A stretch of DNA of 64,000 bases, from NCBI GenBank assembly GCA_902787375.1, contig CADAGD010000018.1:9022-73021 (forward strand), given 5' to 3'. How positions within the stretch are numbered: position 1 is the stretch's first letter; every line of letters starts with the position of its first letter. The position numbers and the translations under genes were made by a program. The notes under the pieces were generated by a model, which saw only the letters and a list, made by a program, of their open reading frames with translations, searched no databases and had not been told where the DNA came from. This stretch comes from an uncultured Eubacteriales bacterium. GTDB lineage: Bacteria; Bacillota; Clostridia; Christensenellales; CAG-138. This document shows positions 1-10,276 of this stretch, in pieces.

Positions 1-36
1 CTAATTTGGTTATCAATATAAAACACGAGGCTTTCT

Positions 37-822
37 ATGAAGTTTTCTCCTCTTTACAGCGGCTCATCCGGCAACTGCTCGGTAGTCAGCTCAGGCAATA
101 CCCACATACTTGTTGACGCGGGCATGACCGGAAAAGCGATAACATCCGCCCTCTCCGACGTCGATATCGACCCCTGCAGCATCTCGGCTATAGTCGTGAC
201 CCATGAACACTCCGACCATATAAAAGGAGTCGGCGTCATGTCGCGCAAATACGATATACCCGTCTATGCAAACGAAGGCACATGGAAGGCTATGGCTCCG
301 CTTGTAGGCAATATCTCCATGAAGAACATACGGACATTTGTAACGGGACAGAATTTTTATATTGGCTCATTCGACCTCACCCCCTTCCGCATAAGCCATG
401 ACGCCGCCGAGCCCGTTGGGTTTAAATTCTTTGAAAAGGGCAGCAAGCTCGTATACATGACCGATACCGGCTGTGTTTCAGAGGCACTTCGTGAAACCGC
501 CTCCGACGCCGATCTGCTCTTTCTCGAATCCAATCACGATGTCGATATGCTGAAAAACGGCTCATATCCCTATCAGCTCAAGATGCGTATACTGTCGAAA
601 AAGGGGCATCTCTCAAATGATGCCGCCGGCGACCTTCTTGCCAAGCTGTTTCTATCGGGTATGAGGCGGGTTATACTCGCTCATCTCAGCCACGAGAACA
701 ATACAGAGAGCGTTGCCTATAACACGGTTCGGGGCATACTTAATAAAAACGGCATCCCGGAAAAGGATTTCTTTCTCAAGGTCGCGCATCGTGACAGGGT
801 AACCGGCGTGTTTGAAATTTGA
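37..822 (+). CDS. yycJ: MBL-fold metallo-hydrolase, YycJ/WalJ-like
   Basis: 261-aa ORF with the metallo-beta-lactamase motif VTHEHSDH (HxHxDH) and N-terminal LYSGSSGN. It lies two genes upstream of rlmH, as in Firmicutes yycJ...rlmH synteny. Confidence 0.8.
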   Translation: MKFSPLYSGSSGNCSVVSSGNTHILVDAGMTGKAITSALSDVDIDPCSISAIVVTHEHSDHIKGVGVMSRKYDIPVYANEGTWKAMAPLVGNISMKNIRTFVTGQNFYIGSFDLTPFRISHDAAEPVGFKFFEKGSKLVYMTDTGCVSEALRETASDADLLFLESNHDVDMLKNGSYPYQLKMRILSKKGHLSNDAAGDLLAKLFLSGMRRVILAHLSHENNTESVAYNTVRGILNKNGIPEKDFFLKVAHRDRVTGVFEI

Positions 823-870
823 GTGGACGTTGATAAAAAGTGTACAGAATCCGGATGGAGGATTGATATT

Positions 871-1842
871 ATGACCAATTTAAACAAGCGTACCTCGCTG
901 CTCTTTTTGGTATGCTTCCTGCTTTATCTGTCGCTGTCAATGGTTCTGAGAGCAGCTATTGACGAGTCTGACACGAATATGCTCTATTTCGCAAACGCGG
1001 TATTTATTTCGATTCCTTCGTTCCTTCTCCCCTCCCTCTTTTTCAGGAGAAAAAACCATTTTGAAAGTTTCAAGATGCCTCCCGTTTCACACATGCTTTT
1101 GGCAGTTGTGCTGGGTATCGGATGCGTTTTCCTGAATCAATCGCTCTCCTACCTCAACGCTTCTCTGCTCTACGGCTTGGATATGGAATCAAATGCCACT
1201 ACTGCTCTGACCATTCGCGGTCTGAACACATGGAATATGCTCTTTTCGCTTGCCATTATTCCTCCCATATGTGAGGAGTTCTTAATGCGCGGCACTCTCC
1301 TTGAATCATGGGGACGAACCTCCCCCATAGCTGCCGCTCTGCTCACAAGCCTATTGTTCGGGCTTCTCCATGCCGCTCCGAGTATGCTCATAGTCTACTT
1401 TGGAATAGGTCTGCTCTGCGCGTTCATATACATTATCACTCGAAATGTATGGATAACTGTGACCGTGCATTTTATAAACAATCTTTCGTCGGTATTGATA
1501 GCTTACGCTTTGGGGGATTCTTTGGATGCGCTCGAAGAAGGTCAATCCGTCAACGAAGCCATGGGTGCGCTTAACAGTTTAATCGACGTCAGACTTGTCT
1601 ATCTGTTCCTCTTCTTTATGTCCGCCCTGTTTGCCGCCGCTATAATTGTACCCATTGTATTCGCGCTGAGAAGCTCCTGCCGCAAGCATGGCATAGGCAT
1701 GTTTGCCAAGCCATCCGTTCAGGAATACAACACCGCAAAGCATTCAATATTCAGCGATCCGATACTCTGGCTTACGATAGCTCTGCTTCTCGTACTCAAC
1801 ATCATATCGGGGCTCTATGAATTCAAGGTGATCAAGCCATGA
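871..1842 (+). CDS. CPBP family intramembrane metalloprotease (CAAX-protease-like)
   Basis: Multi-TM ORF with CPBP motifs EEFLMRG, FGLLHA and HFINN. GGAGG lies 9 nt upstream of ATG 871; the track start at 823 is a GTG without an SD. The stop overlaps the rlmH start (ATGA). Confidence 0.75.
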   Translation: MTNLNKRTSLLFLVCFLLYLSLSMVLRAAIDESDTNMLYFANAVFISIPSFLLPSLFFRRKNHFESFKMPPVSHMLLAVVLGIGCVFLNQSLSYLNASLLYGLDMESNATTALTIRGLNTWNMLFSLAIIPPICEEFLMRGTLLESWGRTSPIAAALLTSLLFGLLHAAPSMLIVYFGIGLLCAFIYIITRNVWITVTVHFINNLSSVLIAYALGDSLDALEEGQSVNEAMGALNSLIDVRLVYLFLFFMSALFAAAIIVPIVFALRSSCRKHGIGMFAKPSVQEYNTAKHSIFSDPILWLTIALLLVLNIISGLYEFKVIKP

Positions 1843-2318
1843 AGATACGAATTATATGCGTTGGCAAGCTCAAGGAACGCTTCTATACCGATGCGCTTTC
1901 GGAATTCTCCAAGCGTCTGTCACGCTTCTGCGAGCTTGAGATAATTGAGATACCCGATGAAAAGGTTGCCGAGAATCCCTCGGCGGCGGACATAGAAAAG
2001 GTCAAATCCACCGAATGCAGGAAGATAGCCGATAAGCTTTCCAGCAATGATTACATAATCGCCCTCGATCCACGCGGAAAACAGTTTTCGAGCGAGGAGC
2101 TTGCCTCACATCTCGCCGAGTGTATGCTTGGCGGCAAAAGCCGTATAGCAATGCTCATTGGCGGCTCCCACGGGCTTACCCGGGAGCTTAGAAACAGCGC
2201 GAATTTGGTTCTGAGCTTCTCCCGTATGACCTTCTCTCACCAGATATTTCGCATAATGCTGCTTGAACAGGTGTACAGAGCATTCAAAATCATAAATGGT
2301 GAACCGTATCACAAATAG
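1839..2318 (+). CDS. rlmH: 23S rRNA (pseudouridine1915-N3)-methyltransferase RlmH
   Basis: 159 aa, with the typical SPOUT RlmH N-terminus MKIRIICVGKLKE and C-terminal GGSHGL...SFSRMTFSHQ. Confidence 0.9.
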   Translation: MKIRIICVGKLKERFYTDALSEFSKRLSRFCELEIIEIPDEKVAENPSAADIEKVKSTECRKIADKLSSNDYIIALDPRGKQFSSEELASHLAECMLGGKSRIAMLIGGSHGLTRELRNSANLVLSFSRMTFSHQIFRIMLLEQVYRAFKIINGEPYHK

Positions 2319-2368
2319 GATCATACTCCTGTGTTTTCAAAACCCAATTCCGTTTAATCCAAAATTTT

Positions 2369-2420
2369 AACCGGCGAAGCGTTGAGCCCTGAATCACTCC
2401 CCGCTTCGCCGGTTTTCGTT
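2369..2420 (+). terminator. Intrinsic terminator after rlmH
   Basis: A 13-bp stem, AACCGGCGAAGCG (2369-2381) with CGCTTCGCCGGTT (2402-2414), is followed by TTTTCGTTT. Confidence 0.7.
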
Positions 2421-2502
2421 TGACTATTGGATGAAGTCAAGCATAACCATGACTTCCATTGGCGGTATCCCGCAATGGGGATACCGCCTGCTTGATTGAA
2501 AT

Positions 2503-5500
2503 TTACCATGCGTAACTGTTGCTGCCGGCAACTACCTGAATACACCTTAAAGCATCCAAGCTTGATATTCTGTTGTTCTTATCAAAGTCCGCCGCAATAA
2601 AGTTTACTATTCCAAGTGTTCTGTTGCCTATGCTCGCCTGCTTTATGAATGTTGCGTCTACTGACGAGAGCTTTGCGTCAAGATTCGCATCACCCTTTAC
2701 AACAACAATTATCTCTACATCGGCATCGTTAACTGTGACCGTATAGCTATGTGTGTTGCCGCTTGTCGTGCATTTAAGAACTGTATATGTGTCGTTTCCT
2801 GTCATGAGAGCAACGGTACAAACCAGATCGCAAGCAACTGTGAATGTCACGTTACCGCTGTACAGCGTATCTGCAGAGATGCTTGTGGTAGCTTTGCCCT
2901 TTGTCTTATCAACAACGATTATATGATAACCATCGCCGCCTCCGGTTGCGGGAATCTCGACCTCCCTCGTCTGGGTCGTAAACATGCTGTTTGCGAACGT
3001 GGCGGTATAGACGCCGGTTCCGGGGGTGGTATCGGTGGGCTGCACGGTTACAGCGTATGTGGCTGTGACTGTTTCCGTAATAACATGGCTCGGATCGTTA
3101 GCGCAAACCGATGTGGCGGTAACGCTGTAGCCGGATGCCGTTTCAGTCCATTCATATGTGGGTGTGCCGTAATCATGTCCAATGGCATTCAGGCGAATCT
3201 TCTTGACGTCCTCATATGTATTGCCGTCAAGCTCGACCGTTGCGATATAGACGATCTCACCGCTTTCCTCGCATACGTTGCCGTCATGCTGAACCGTGAT
3301 GACAGCATCCATTGTCATTGTATGCGAAGCATCCTTCGTGCAGACAAAGTTTGCAGTAGCAGCGGTGTATCCGTCGTCATCGTTGCCGACCCATGTGAAG
3401 GACTCAAACTCCCACTCATGACCGCAGCCGCTTACCGTCTTGGAATCGATCTCTGAAAGAGCAAGATCGCCGTTGCGCTCTATGGTGCTTACAGTTACAA
3501 TGCTGTCATTGCATTTTCTCTCGAAGTGCAGGGCAGCTACAGGACGACCTGCGAATACCGCGTTGTACTTATCGGCAAACGCCAGTCTGATAAGTCCATT
3601 GTCATCCTTATAAGAGCAGTATTCGGCATCGTTGTCAAGACCTGTAAATATCAGCTCATCCGTATCATACTCAATCGTTATAAGTCCGTTGAATACATCC
3701 TGAGTATCGGATATCTGGATGAGGACATCTTCTTCATCCCCATATTCGGGATCGCTGATCTCCGCGGGTGTTATCGAGTTTGCAACAGTCCTGACGTCGG
3801 TTATTCTATTCAATCCGCCGGCAGGGGCCTTCTTACCGGCAATGCCGCTCAGCTCCTTAGCCTGAGCCTTGAATTTTGCCATAGTATCGGCATTCATCAT
3901 TTCATCGCGTGTGATATTCACTCTCTCGCAGTCCAGCTTGCTCGACTGTCCGTTTACCGAGAGGTTCGGAGCAACAGTGCCGTTCACATACAGACCGCAG
4001 ATGGGCCATGTATCCTCACCGAAGCCTCCGGCGTAGAATATCTCGCCATCCGACATTCTGATTATGATAAGCTCGGCATAATTGTTGCCCGCATGTGCCC
4101 AGTAGAGGTAGGTTCCGTCATAGTACAATGACTGGAACAGGAAGTATGTATTGACTCCCGTTTCGAGAACCAGTACGGGATCGGTAAAGTAGCATTCTTC
4201 GCCAAGAACGAGTGTGGTTTCCCATACCCTTCCACGCTCATCAAGGAAGTAATACGAGGATTCCAGCTCGCCAAGCTCCTTCGCGGTAACGCCTACGATG
4301 AACACGTCGCCGTCGCCAAGGCCAAGCAATGCAAGCGGGATACCCGTGTAGTATTCTTCGTTGCCATCATCCTCAGGTATCATGCTGCCCATTGCAAGAT
4401 ATGCGCCGGAGCTGTAAACCATATAATCGGTATAGATTGACGACGCAGGTGCAATATCGGTCATCCATGCATAGTTCTCACCAACATATGACAGGGAATA
4501 ATCGCTCCTGTTTACAGTAAAGAGCGCGGATGTCGCATAATCAAGATCCAAGCTGCCTGCCGAGAGTGTGTTCGCTCCTGACATGAAAGCCGAATGCAGC
4601 GCGGGGCTGTCGATGCCCTCGTTATGGAGCGGGTTCCAGTTGGGGATATTGTTCGTGTTGAATCCCGCAAAGTACGCGCTCTGATTATCCCAGAGTATGG
4701 CGTTCATCTCCTTATTGATCGTTATAACATTTACAGTACATGTCGCCGTCTTGGTGCTGTCGCCGTTAGCCGTCGCCGTTATGACAGCGGTTCCCTCGGA
4801 AACGCCCGTTATACGTCCGATCTGGCTTACAGTAGCGACGGACGGATTGCTGCTCGACCATGTGACCGTCCTATCCGAGGCGGTAAGGGGCATTACCGTT
4901 GCCTCAAGATCGGCTATGCTGCCCTTATAAATCTCAATGAAATCGGGATCTATGGCAACATCGGATACAGCGGTGGGATCCAAGCCGCCTGTAACTATCT
5001 TCTTGTACAGATATATGCTCTGAGCGGATGAGCTTATGGCAAACGTATTATTCTGGGCTACCATATAAGCTCCGTTTCCGGTTCCCAACCTGTCACTTGC
5101 GCCATCCCAGACCCATGTATTATATGACACGGAGGCGGAAATCTGTATGCTCGCGGAAGCCGTGTTATTCGATCTGCGCAGATAAACGCCGTTGTTTGAG
5201 AACGTCCCTCCGGTTGAAGCGCTTGTGTACGTCCATACCGAGTTGTTGTCAACACAGTCTTTATCAATAAAGATCGTTCCATCGTTCTCGATCGTCACAG
5301 CGTCAGAGGCTAAATAATATGAAATATAGACCGTACCCTGTGTTGTATAGCTGAGAGCGTATGCAGCACCCGGCTCACAGCTATTGACGATCAGGTACTC
5401 GCTGCCATCCTCAATTTCATGGGCAAGCTCATACCTTACCGTCTGGTTTTCTCCGCCGATATTGTCATTTACCTTGACCGCAACAGCGCTGTCATTTGCC

Positions 5501-8500
5501 GCATAGTCGCCTGCATATACCGCGACATAGCCGTTGGCGTTGGCGATCGCGTCGGCGATATTCAGCCTTACGGTATAGCTGTCGGTTCCGGGAATTGCCT
5601 CGGCATACTTGACGTCGCCGTTAAGGCTCATAACAGCTACATAAGCTATGTTCACGTTATCGGAAACCGTGACATTCAGGAAATTGCCGCTGAGACTTGT
5701 ACTCTCAATAACGGGCGGAGTGTCGTCTATCGTGAAGTCATATCCGATATACGCGCCCTTGCCAAGCACATTGCTTGTGAGTACATCTACGCTCGCATCA
5801 ACGTCGAGCTTGCCTGCGTAGTAGGTTGTTATATCGTCCCAATACTTCATCGCGTAGTATTCGGGAATAGCATAATAACCGAACCTGAACGCACTTCCCT
5901 CAGGAATCCCGTACCCCGACAGATTATAGTATAAATCCAACGCTCTTGTAGCCCTGTTCTGCCACAGCCCGTTGTTTATATTGTAGTAAAGACCGTCAAC
6001 ATTATAATCGTCAATGTTTCCGTCAAACAGGCTCAGAACATTGCCGCCGACCTCATCAATCGTACTTAACGCGAACAGAGTTGTTCCGGCGGAACGCAGA
6101 ACATTGTAATAAACGCTTCCGAGTGTATCCGTAGACCTCAACGCAATGCGATCCTCAGGGAACTCATCCTCAATCGCGTAGGGATTGCCGACCACTCGAT
6201 ATGTCTTACCGTTCCTCACATATGTGACATAGTTTGTATCCGCGAATCCCGAATACGGCGTCTTATCAGTTCCGTAAAGGGTATCCACATATGAGGTATT
6301 GTCGAACATAGAAGCATCCGTCCAGTTGCCATAGAAGCCGAGTATGGGGATGCTGTGCAGGTGGCTGTAGTCGGTACTCTTGATGTCGCTTGTTATGCAC
6401 TCAACATATGTATAACCCTCAATGTACGCGCCGTTTTCGAACTCGTTAAGCACAGCTCTCTGCTCGTCCGTAAGATTGATGTTTACGGTAACGTCCACCG
6501 AGCCGCCTGCCGGAACAAAGAATCCGTCGGCACTTGCTTCGGGAGTCCAGTCGATGAGCAGGTATGCGTCATATGTTGTAACGCTTCCGTCGCCGTCAAG
6601 ATCGGCAGCGACAGTATTTGTAACAGCCTTGGCGCGGTTGCCGGCAAGGTAGTCAAGTATCGCCTGAGCGTCGTCGTTATCGGTATCGCCGTCATTATCG
6701 ACGTCATGGCTCTGAATGCTTGAAGCTATGCCGTCCCAGATATAGGATACACCGCCGCCGGGGAGCATCTGTGTTTCATGGGTTACGAACTCGCCGTTTA
6801 TTCCCTGTGTGAACAGATCGGTCAGCAGCGAGAACTCAAGATCCACCGTGGACGTGTTGTAAACAGTAAAGTTATAGCTGTAAACACCGGTTTTTGCGGG
6901 ATCGTCGCCAAGCTCGACCTTTATCTTGCCGTCGGCGGCAGCACCCGTAAGGGCTGTGAGGTTATCATCCTCTGCACTCATCATTATGACAGTCGCGGCG
7001 TTTATGGCCCTGCTTACGTCTACAAGTCCCGCGCCCTGCTGCAGTACCGAAGCATAGCTGCCGTTGGGCTTCATGACGGTTGCCGTGGACATGAGCAAGC
7101 TCTGTATTATCTCACGGGTAGTATAGTTGTTGCTCAAATCGACATTCTTTGCCGACATGGGATTCTCTCTGAGATACTGGGCTACAACTGCGGAAAGACC
7201 CGCGATATGCGGAGCCGCCATGGATGTTCCGCTCATTATCTCATACTTATCCGTGCCGCCCGAAATTCTTCCGTTGGGAAGCACATGAGTACCGGCAACT
7301 GAGTAGATCGAACCGCCGGGAGCGGTTATTTCCGGCTTCATCAGCAGGGAGCCGGGTGCGCCCCATGAGCTGAAGTCCGAAACATTGGCTTCCTCACGGG
7401 TTATAAGGCTTCCGTGAACGGGTATATTCGTTACCTGAACGATGCCCGTATAGTATGTATAGTCGCCGACGGTATGAACCGCTGAGTTGGATTTGAGTGC
7501 TTCAGCGTTCGCAAGGGAAATGGTTACCATCGGGAATGTTCCCGTATAATCGTCAAGAAGCATTGATATTGTGCCGGGAATATTATTCGCGACAACAAGA
7601 GCTCTCGGATTATAGTCTATAAGGTTATTGCCCTTTTCCGAGAACGAGATGCTTCCGCGGTTTACGATAACCACTTTTCCGGTAAGGTCAAACTCCTCGT
7701 TTATCGCGCTGTAGTTTTCCGGCTCGCCGACCGCGTCAATATAGACGAAGTCATACCTTCCGGCAATAGTTACCATTTCGGGATTGCTGTACAGATCGCC
7801 CTCGAAGCTCTCGGTGCGCTCGACATAGAATACCTTCTGGTTGCCGTTGAAGATAAGCGGCGTACCCGTTTCACCGATATTGTCGGCGGAGGCTACCGTC
7901 ATGCCGTTGATGTAGGTTCCCGGACTTCCGCCGGTGTGGAAGCTGACGTCGTCCTTATACATCGGAGTTACCGCCGCGTCGTCAAAAGCACCCGCATTAC
8001 CTGCGGAAATGGAAACCACCATTCCCTCATTGCCGACCTTATCAACGAGGCTGTTGAAAATCTCCTGGTACTGATACGAGTATGTATAACCGGGAGCATA
8101 GGAGCCGAATGAGAGGTTTGCCGCGTCGCAGTCGAGCATTATGGCGTCCTCAAGGGCTGCCATATAGTCCGAATCATACGCGCCGCCCCTGACGCCGAAC
8201 ACCTTCATTATCAAGAGCTGAGCGTCGGGAGCCATGCCGACCGAATGAACAAGATCAATGGCGTCAACGTATCCCGCCGCCCCGTTTTCGACAAAACGGT
8301 TGGCCGCAGCAATACCGGCTACATGGGAACCATGCTCGCCATTCAGATCGTTCAAATGGGATATATCATTATTTCTGTCAACATAGTTATAACCATATGG
8401 TATTTTGGAATTGATATATGTTCCGCTTCCGTTGAGATCAAGATTGCTCGGAACGCTTGTCATAAGGTCTATGGCTTTTCCGGTCTGCGCAATGGCATAA

Positions 8501-9183
8501 TCGAAAGCACCGGAGTCAAAGGACTGATGGTTCACATCAATACCGGTATCTATCATGGCGATACGGCTTCCCGCGCCGGTGTAGCCGAGTCCGCTGTCCC
8601 ACGCGAGAACCGCGCCGACCATGTCGGTTGAGGTATTGGCTGTGTTGGGATGTGAAACCTCCTCCTTGGGAGCTTCATAATAGTTCTCAAGCTCGACCAT
8701 TTTTACGCCGGCTGTCTGGCGAATCTTCTCAATATCGCCGTAGCGTACTTCCGCCGATATGGCGTTGACCGCCAACGTAAGGTTCCACTCAACCTTTATG
8801 TCGGATTTGATTGCCTTTTCAATACTCTCCGTAATCCGCTTCTGCTCATTCTTTATGGATTTACGGTAGTTTGCCGCCTCGGTATTTGTTCCTATTCCCT
8901 TGGCGGAATACCCGGCGTCAATGGCTGCCGGAGATTCGAGGAATATGGATACTCGAACCATCTCATCAGGCGAAAACTCAGCCTTTTCCTCGGCTGAGCC
9001 TGCTTTCTCACCCTTGTCCTCACCCATAATGGGAACATTAAGGGTACTCGGATCGATTTTTACCGTTTCCGGCTTCCTGCTGCCGTCGTCGCGGACAACT
9101 GACGCGATTGCCGTCGAGGATATGGACGCAAGCATCAGAACCGCAAGCACGAATGCCAGAAGACTTCTAAGTGTCCTGTTCAT
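2503..9183 (-). CDS. Giant secreted S8 (subtilisin-like) serine protease with PA-domain insertion, Big_2-like and cohesin-like modules and a C-terminal dockerin-like module
   Basis: 2,226-aa ORF with a signal peptide (MNRTLRSLLAFVLAVLMLASISSTAIA). The subtilase triad is visible in MIDTGID (Asp codon 8548-8550), GEHGSHVAG (His 8323-8325) and SGTSMAAPHIAG (Ser 7222-7224). A PA domain is indicated by GKVVIVNRGSISFSEKG. The C-terminus carries a duplicated Ca-binding segment (GDANLDAKLSSVDA...DFDKNNRISSLDA). A sigma-A promoter and AGGAGG lie upstream. Confidence 0.9.
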   Translation of the reverse strand: MNRTLRSLLAFVLAVLMLASISSTAIASVVRDDGSRKPETVKIDPSTLNVPIMGEDKGEKAGSAEEKAEFSPDEMVRVSIFLESPAAIDAGYSAKGIGTNTEAANYRKSIKNEQKRITESIEKAIKSDIKVEWNLTLAVNAISAEVRYGDIEKIRQTAGVKMVELENYYEAPKEEVSHPNTANTSTDMVGAVLAWDSGLGYTGAGSRIAMIDTGIDVNHQSFDSGAFDYAIAQTGKAIDLMTSVPSNLDLNGSGTYINSKIPYGYNYVDRNNDISHLNDLNGEHGSHVAGIAAANRFVENGAAGYVDAIDLVHSVGMAPDAQLLIMKVFGVRGGAYDSDYMAALEDAIMLDCDAANLSFGSYAPGYTYSYQYQEIFNSLVDKVGNEGMVVSISAGNAGAFDDAAVTPMYKDDVSFHTGGSPGTYINGMTVASADNIGETGTPLIFNGNQKVFYVERTESFEGDLYSNPEMVTIAGRYDFVYIDAVGEPENYSAINEEFDLTGKVVIVNRGSISFSEKGNNLIDYNPRALVVANNIPGTISMLLDDYTGTFPMVTISLANAEALKSNSAVHTVGDYTYYTGIVQVTNIPVHGSLITREEANVSDFSSWGAPGSLLMKPEITAPGGSIYSVAGTHVLPNGRISGGTDKYEIMSGTSMAAPHIAGLSAVVAQYLRENPMSAKNVDLSNNYTTREIIQSLLMSTATVMKPNGSYASVLQQGAGLVDVSRAINAATVIMMSAEDDNLTALTGAAADGKIKVELGDDPAKTGVYSYNFTVYNTSTVDLEFSLLTDLFTQGINGEFVTHETQMLPGGGVSYIWDGIASSIQSHDVDNDGDTDNDDAQAILDYLAGNRAKAVTNTVAADLDGDGSVTTYDAYLLIDWTPEASADGFFVPAGGSVDVTVNINLTDEQRAVLNEFENGAYIEGYTYVECITSDIKSTDYSHLHSIPILGFYGNWTDASMFDNTSYVDTLYGTDKTPYSGFADTNYVTYVRNGKTYRVVGNPYAIEDEFPEDRIALRSTDTLGSVYYNVLRSAGTTLFALSTIDEVGGNVLSLFDGNIDDYNVDGLYYNINNGLWQNRATRALDLYYNLSGYGIPEGSAFRFGYYAIPEYYAMKYWDDITTYYAGKLDVDASVDVLTSNVLGKGAYIGYDFTIDDTPPVIESTSLSGNFLNVTVSDNVNIAYVAVMSLNGDVKYAEAIPGTDSYTVRLNIADAIANANGYVAVYAGDYAANDSAVAVKVNDNIGGENQTVRYELAHEIEDGSEYLIVNSCEPGAAYALSYTTQGTVYISYYLASDAVTIENDGTIFIDKDCVDNNSVWTYTSASTGGTFSNNGVYLRRSNNTASASIQISASVSYNTWVWDGASDRLGTGNGAYMVAQNNTFAISSSAQSIYLYKKIVTGGLDPTAVSDVAIDPDFIEIYKGSIADLEATVMPLTASDRTVTWSSSNPSVATVSQIGRITGVSEGTAVITATANGDSTKTATCTVNVITINKEMNAILWDNQSAYFAGFNTNNIPNWNPLHNEGIDSPALHSAFMSGANTLSAGSLDLDYATSALFTVNRSDYSLSYVGENYAWMTDIAPASSIYTDYMVYSSGAYLAMGSMIPEDDGNEEYYTGIPLALLGLGDGDVFIVGVTAKELGELESSYYFLDERGRVWETTLVLGEECYFTDPVLVLETGVNTYFLFQSLYYDGTYLYWAHAGNNYAELIIIRMSDGEIFYAGGFGEDTWPICGLYVNGTVAPNLSVNGQSSKLDCERVNITRDEMMNADTMAKFKAQAKELSGIAGKKAPAGGLNRITDVRTVANSITPAEISDPEYGDEEDVLIQISDTQDVFNGLITIEYDTDELIFTGLDNDAEYCSYKDDNGLIRLAFADKYNAVFAGRPVAALHFERKCNDSIVTVSTIERNGDLALSEIDSKTVSGCGHEWEFESFTWVGNDDDGYTAATANFVCTKDASHTMTMDAVITVQHDGNVCEESGEIVYIATVELDGNTYEDVKKIRLNAIGHDYGTPTYEWTETASGYSVTATSVCANDPSHVITETVTATYAVTVQPTDTTPGTGVYTATFANSMFTTQTREVEIPATGGGDGYHIIVVDKTKGKATTSISADTLYSGNVTFTVACDLVCTVALMTGNDTYTVLKCTTSGNTHSYTVTVNDADVEIIVVVKGDANLDAKLSSVDATFIKQASIGNRTLGIVNFIAADFDKNNRISSLDALRCIQVVAGSNSYAW

Positions 9184-9256
9184 TATTTTTTCCTCCTTTT
9201 GCTTTTTTTGTTAAAGAATAACATGATGCCACATTACTCTCAATCGTATATCCAAT

Positions 9257-9285
9257 ATTATATCCTATATGTCATATATTGTCAA
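9257..9285 (-). promoter_or_regulatory. Sigma-A-type promoter of the S8 protease gene
   Basis: On the minus strand: TTGACA, 17-nt spacer, TATAAT, about 70 nt upstream of the start codon. Confidence 0.55.
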
Positions 9286-9424
9286 CGACCAATCGCGCTT
9301 TTTCACCAAAAAGCCTTATTTTTCATGGCTTTTTAAGTATTATATTGTTGAATCTGACGGCATGTTTGACAAATAAAAAAAGCGTCATTCCACAGGAACG
9401 CGCTTCATCAAAATAAAACCGTGC

Positions 9425-10240
9425 TTATAACGAATCATCAATCCCAACCATCATCCTGTAATGCTCAAGGAACGAGGCTTTAGCGTCCTTTGCGGCCTTG
9501 GACAGGGGAAATATAACGTCAAAAGCATGTATATCGGCGTGGAATACATCCACCACCGCATTTACTCCCGCCTCATTGAGCTTTCGTACATACTCCAATG
9601 TTTCGATATAGAAGGGCTCTCCGTCGGCTACAAAAGTATAGCACGGCGGAAGCCCCTCATAATTCTTTCGTCTTGACGGGGAGGCGTATTCGGGAATTCC
9701 ATCATTATCGGCAATGGGCCCCAGATACTTGCGCCATGCCTCATGATTCCTTTTTGTGTTCCATCCGAGGCTGTTGTTGTCCCTTGATGATTCGGTATCA
9801 TAGCAATCCAACATGGGGTAAATGGGGAATTGGCAGAAAATATCCACCTCTCCCCTGTCATGCGCCAGCATACAGATCGCCGCGGTCAAACCTCCTCCGG
9901 CACTTTCCCCGCCTACCATTATTCTGTTCCTGTCTACACCGAGACTGTAAGCGTTATCCTTGAGCCACAGCAATGTGTCATAGCAATCGTCAAGGGCTGC
10001 GGGATAGGGCGCATCATTTGAAAGCCTGTAATCAGGAGAAACAACCACCGCTCCGAACTGCTTTGCGGCGTCCCTTATCCTCGAAAAATGAACCATTTCC
10101 GGCACTCCCTCGTAATAGCCCCCTCCGTGTATCCAAAGCACTCCGGGCAGAGGCTCGGTCTGTATGCGCGGTCTTAATATGACCACCTTCATATTCCCTG
10201 CCTTTGTTTCAATAAAGCGAGTTTCTGAAACAAGACGCAT
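9425..10240 (-). CDS. Alpha/beta hydrolase (HSL-type esterase/lipase fold-3)
   Basis: 271 aa with the oxyanion motif HGGGY and the nucleophile elbow GESAGG. Confidence 0.8.
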   Translation of the reverse strand: MRLVSETRFIETKAGNMKVVILRPRIQTEPLPGVLWIHGGGYYEGVPEMVHFSRIRDAAKQFGAVVVSPDYRLSNDAPYPAALDDCYDTLLWLKDNAYSLGVDRNRIMVGGESAGGGLTAAICMLAHDRGEVDIFCQFPIYPMLDCYDTESSRDNNSLGWNTKRNHEAWRKYLGPIADNDGIPEYASPSRRKNYEGLPPCYTFVADGEPFYIETLEYVRKLNEAGVNAVVDVFHADIHAFDVIFPLSKAAKDAKASFLEHYRMMVGIDDSL

Positions 10241-10276
10241 TGCTGTTTTCCCTTCCGTTTGTGTTATTTGGTTATG

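Noticed and set aside
2749-8631. Many 60-235-aa plus-strand ORFs inside the protease locus
   Set aside because: All are antisense to the single 2,226-aa ORF, which carries a complete subtilase triad. Their composition mirrors the coding strand.
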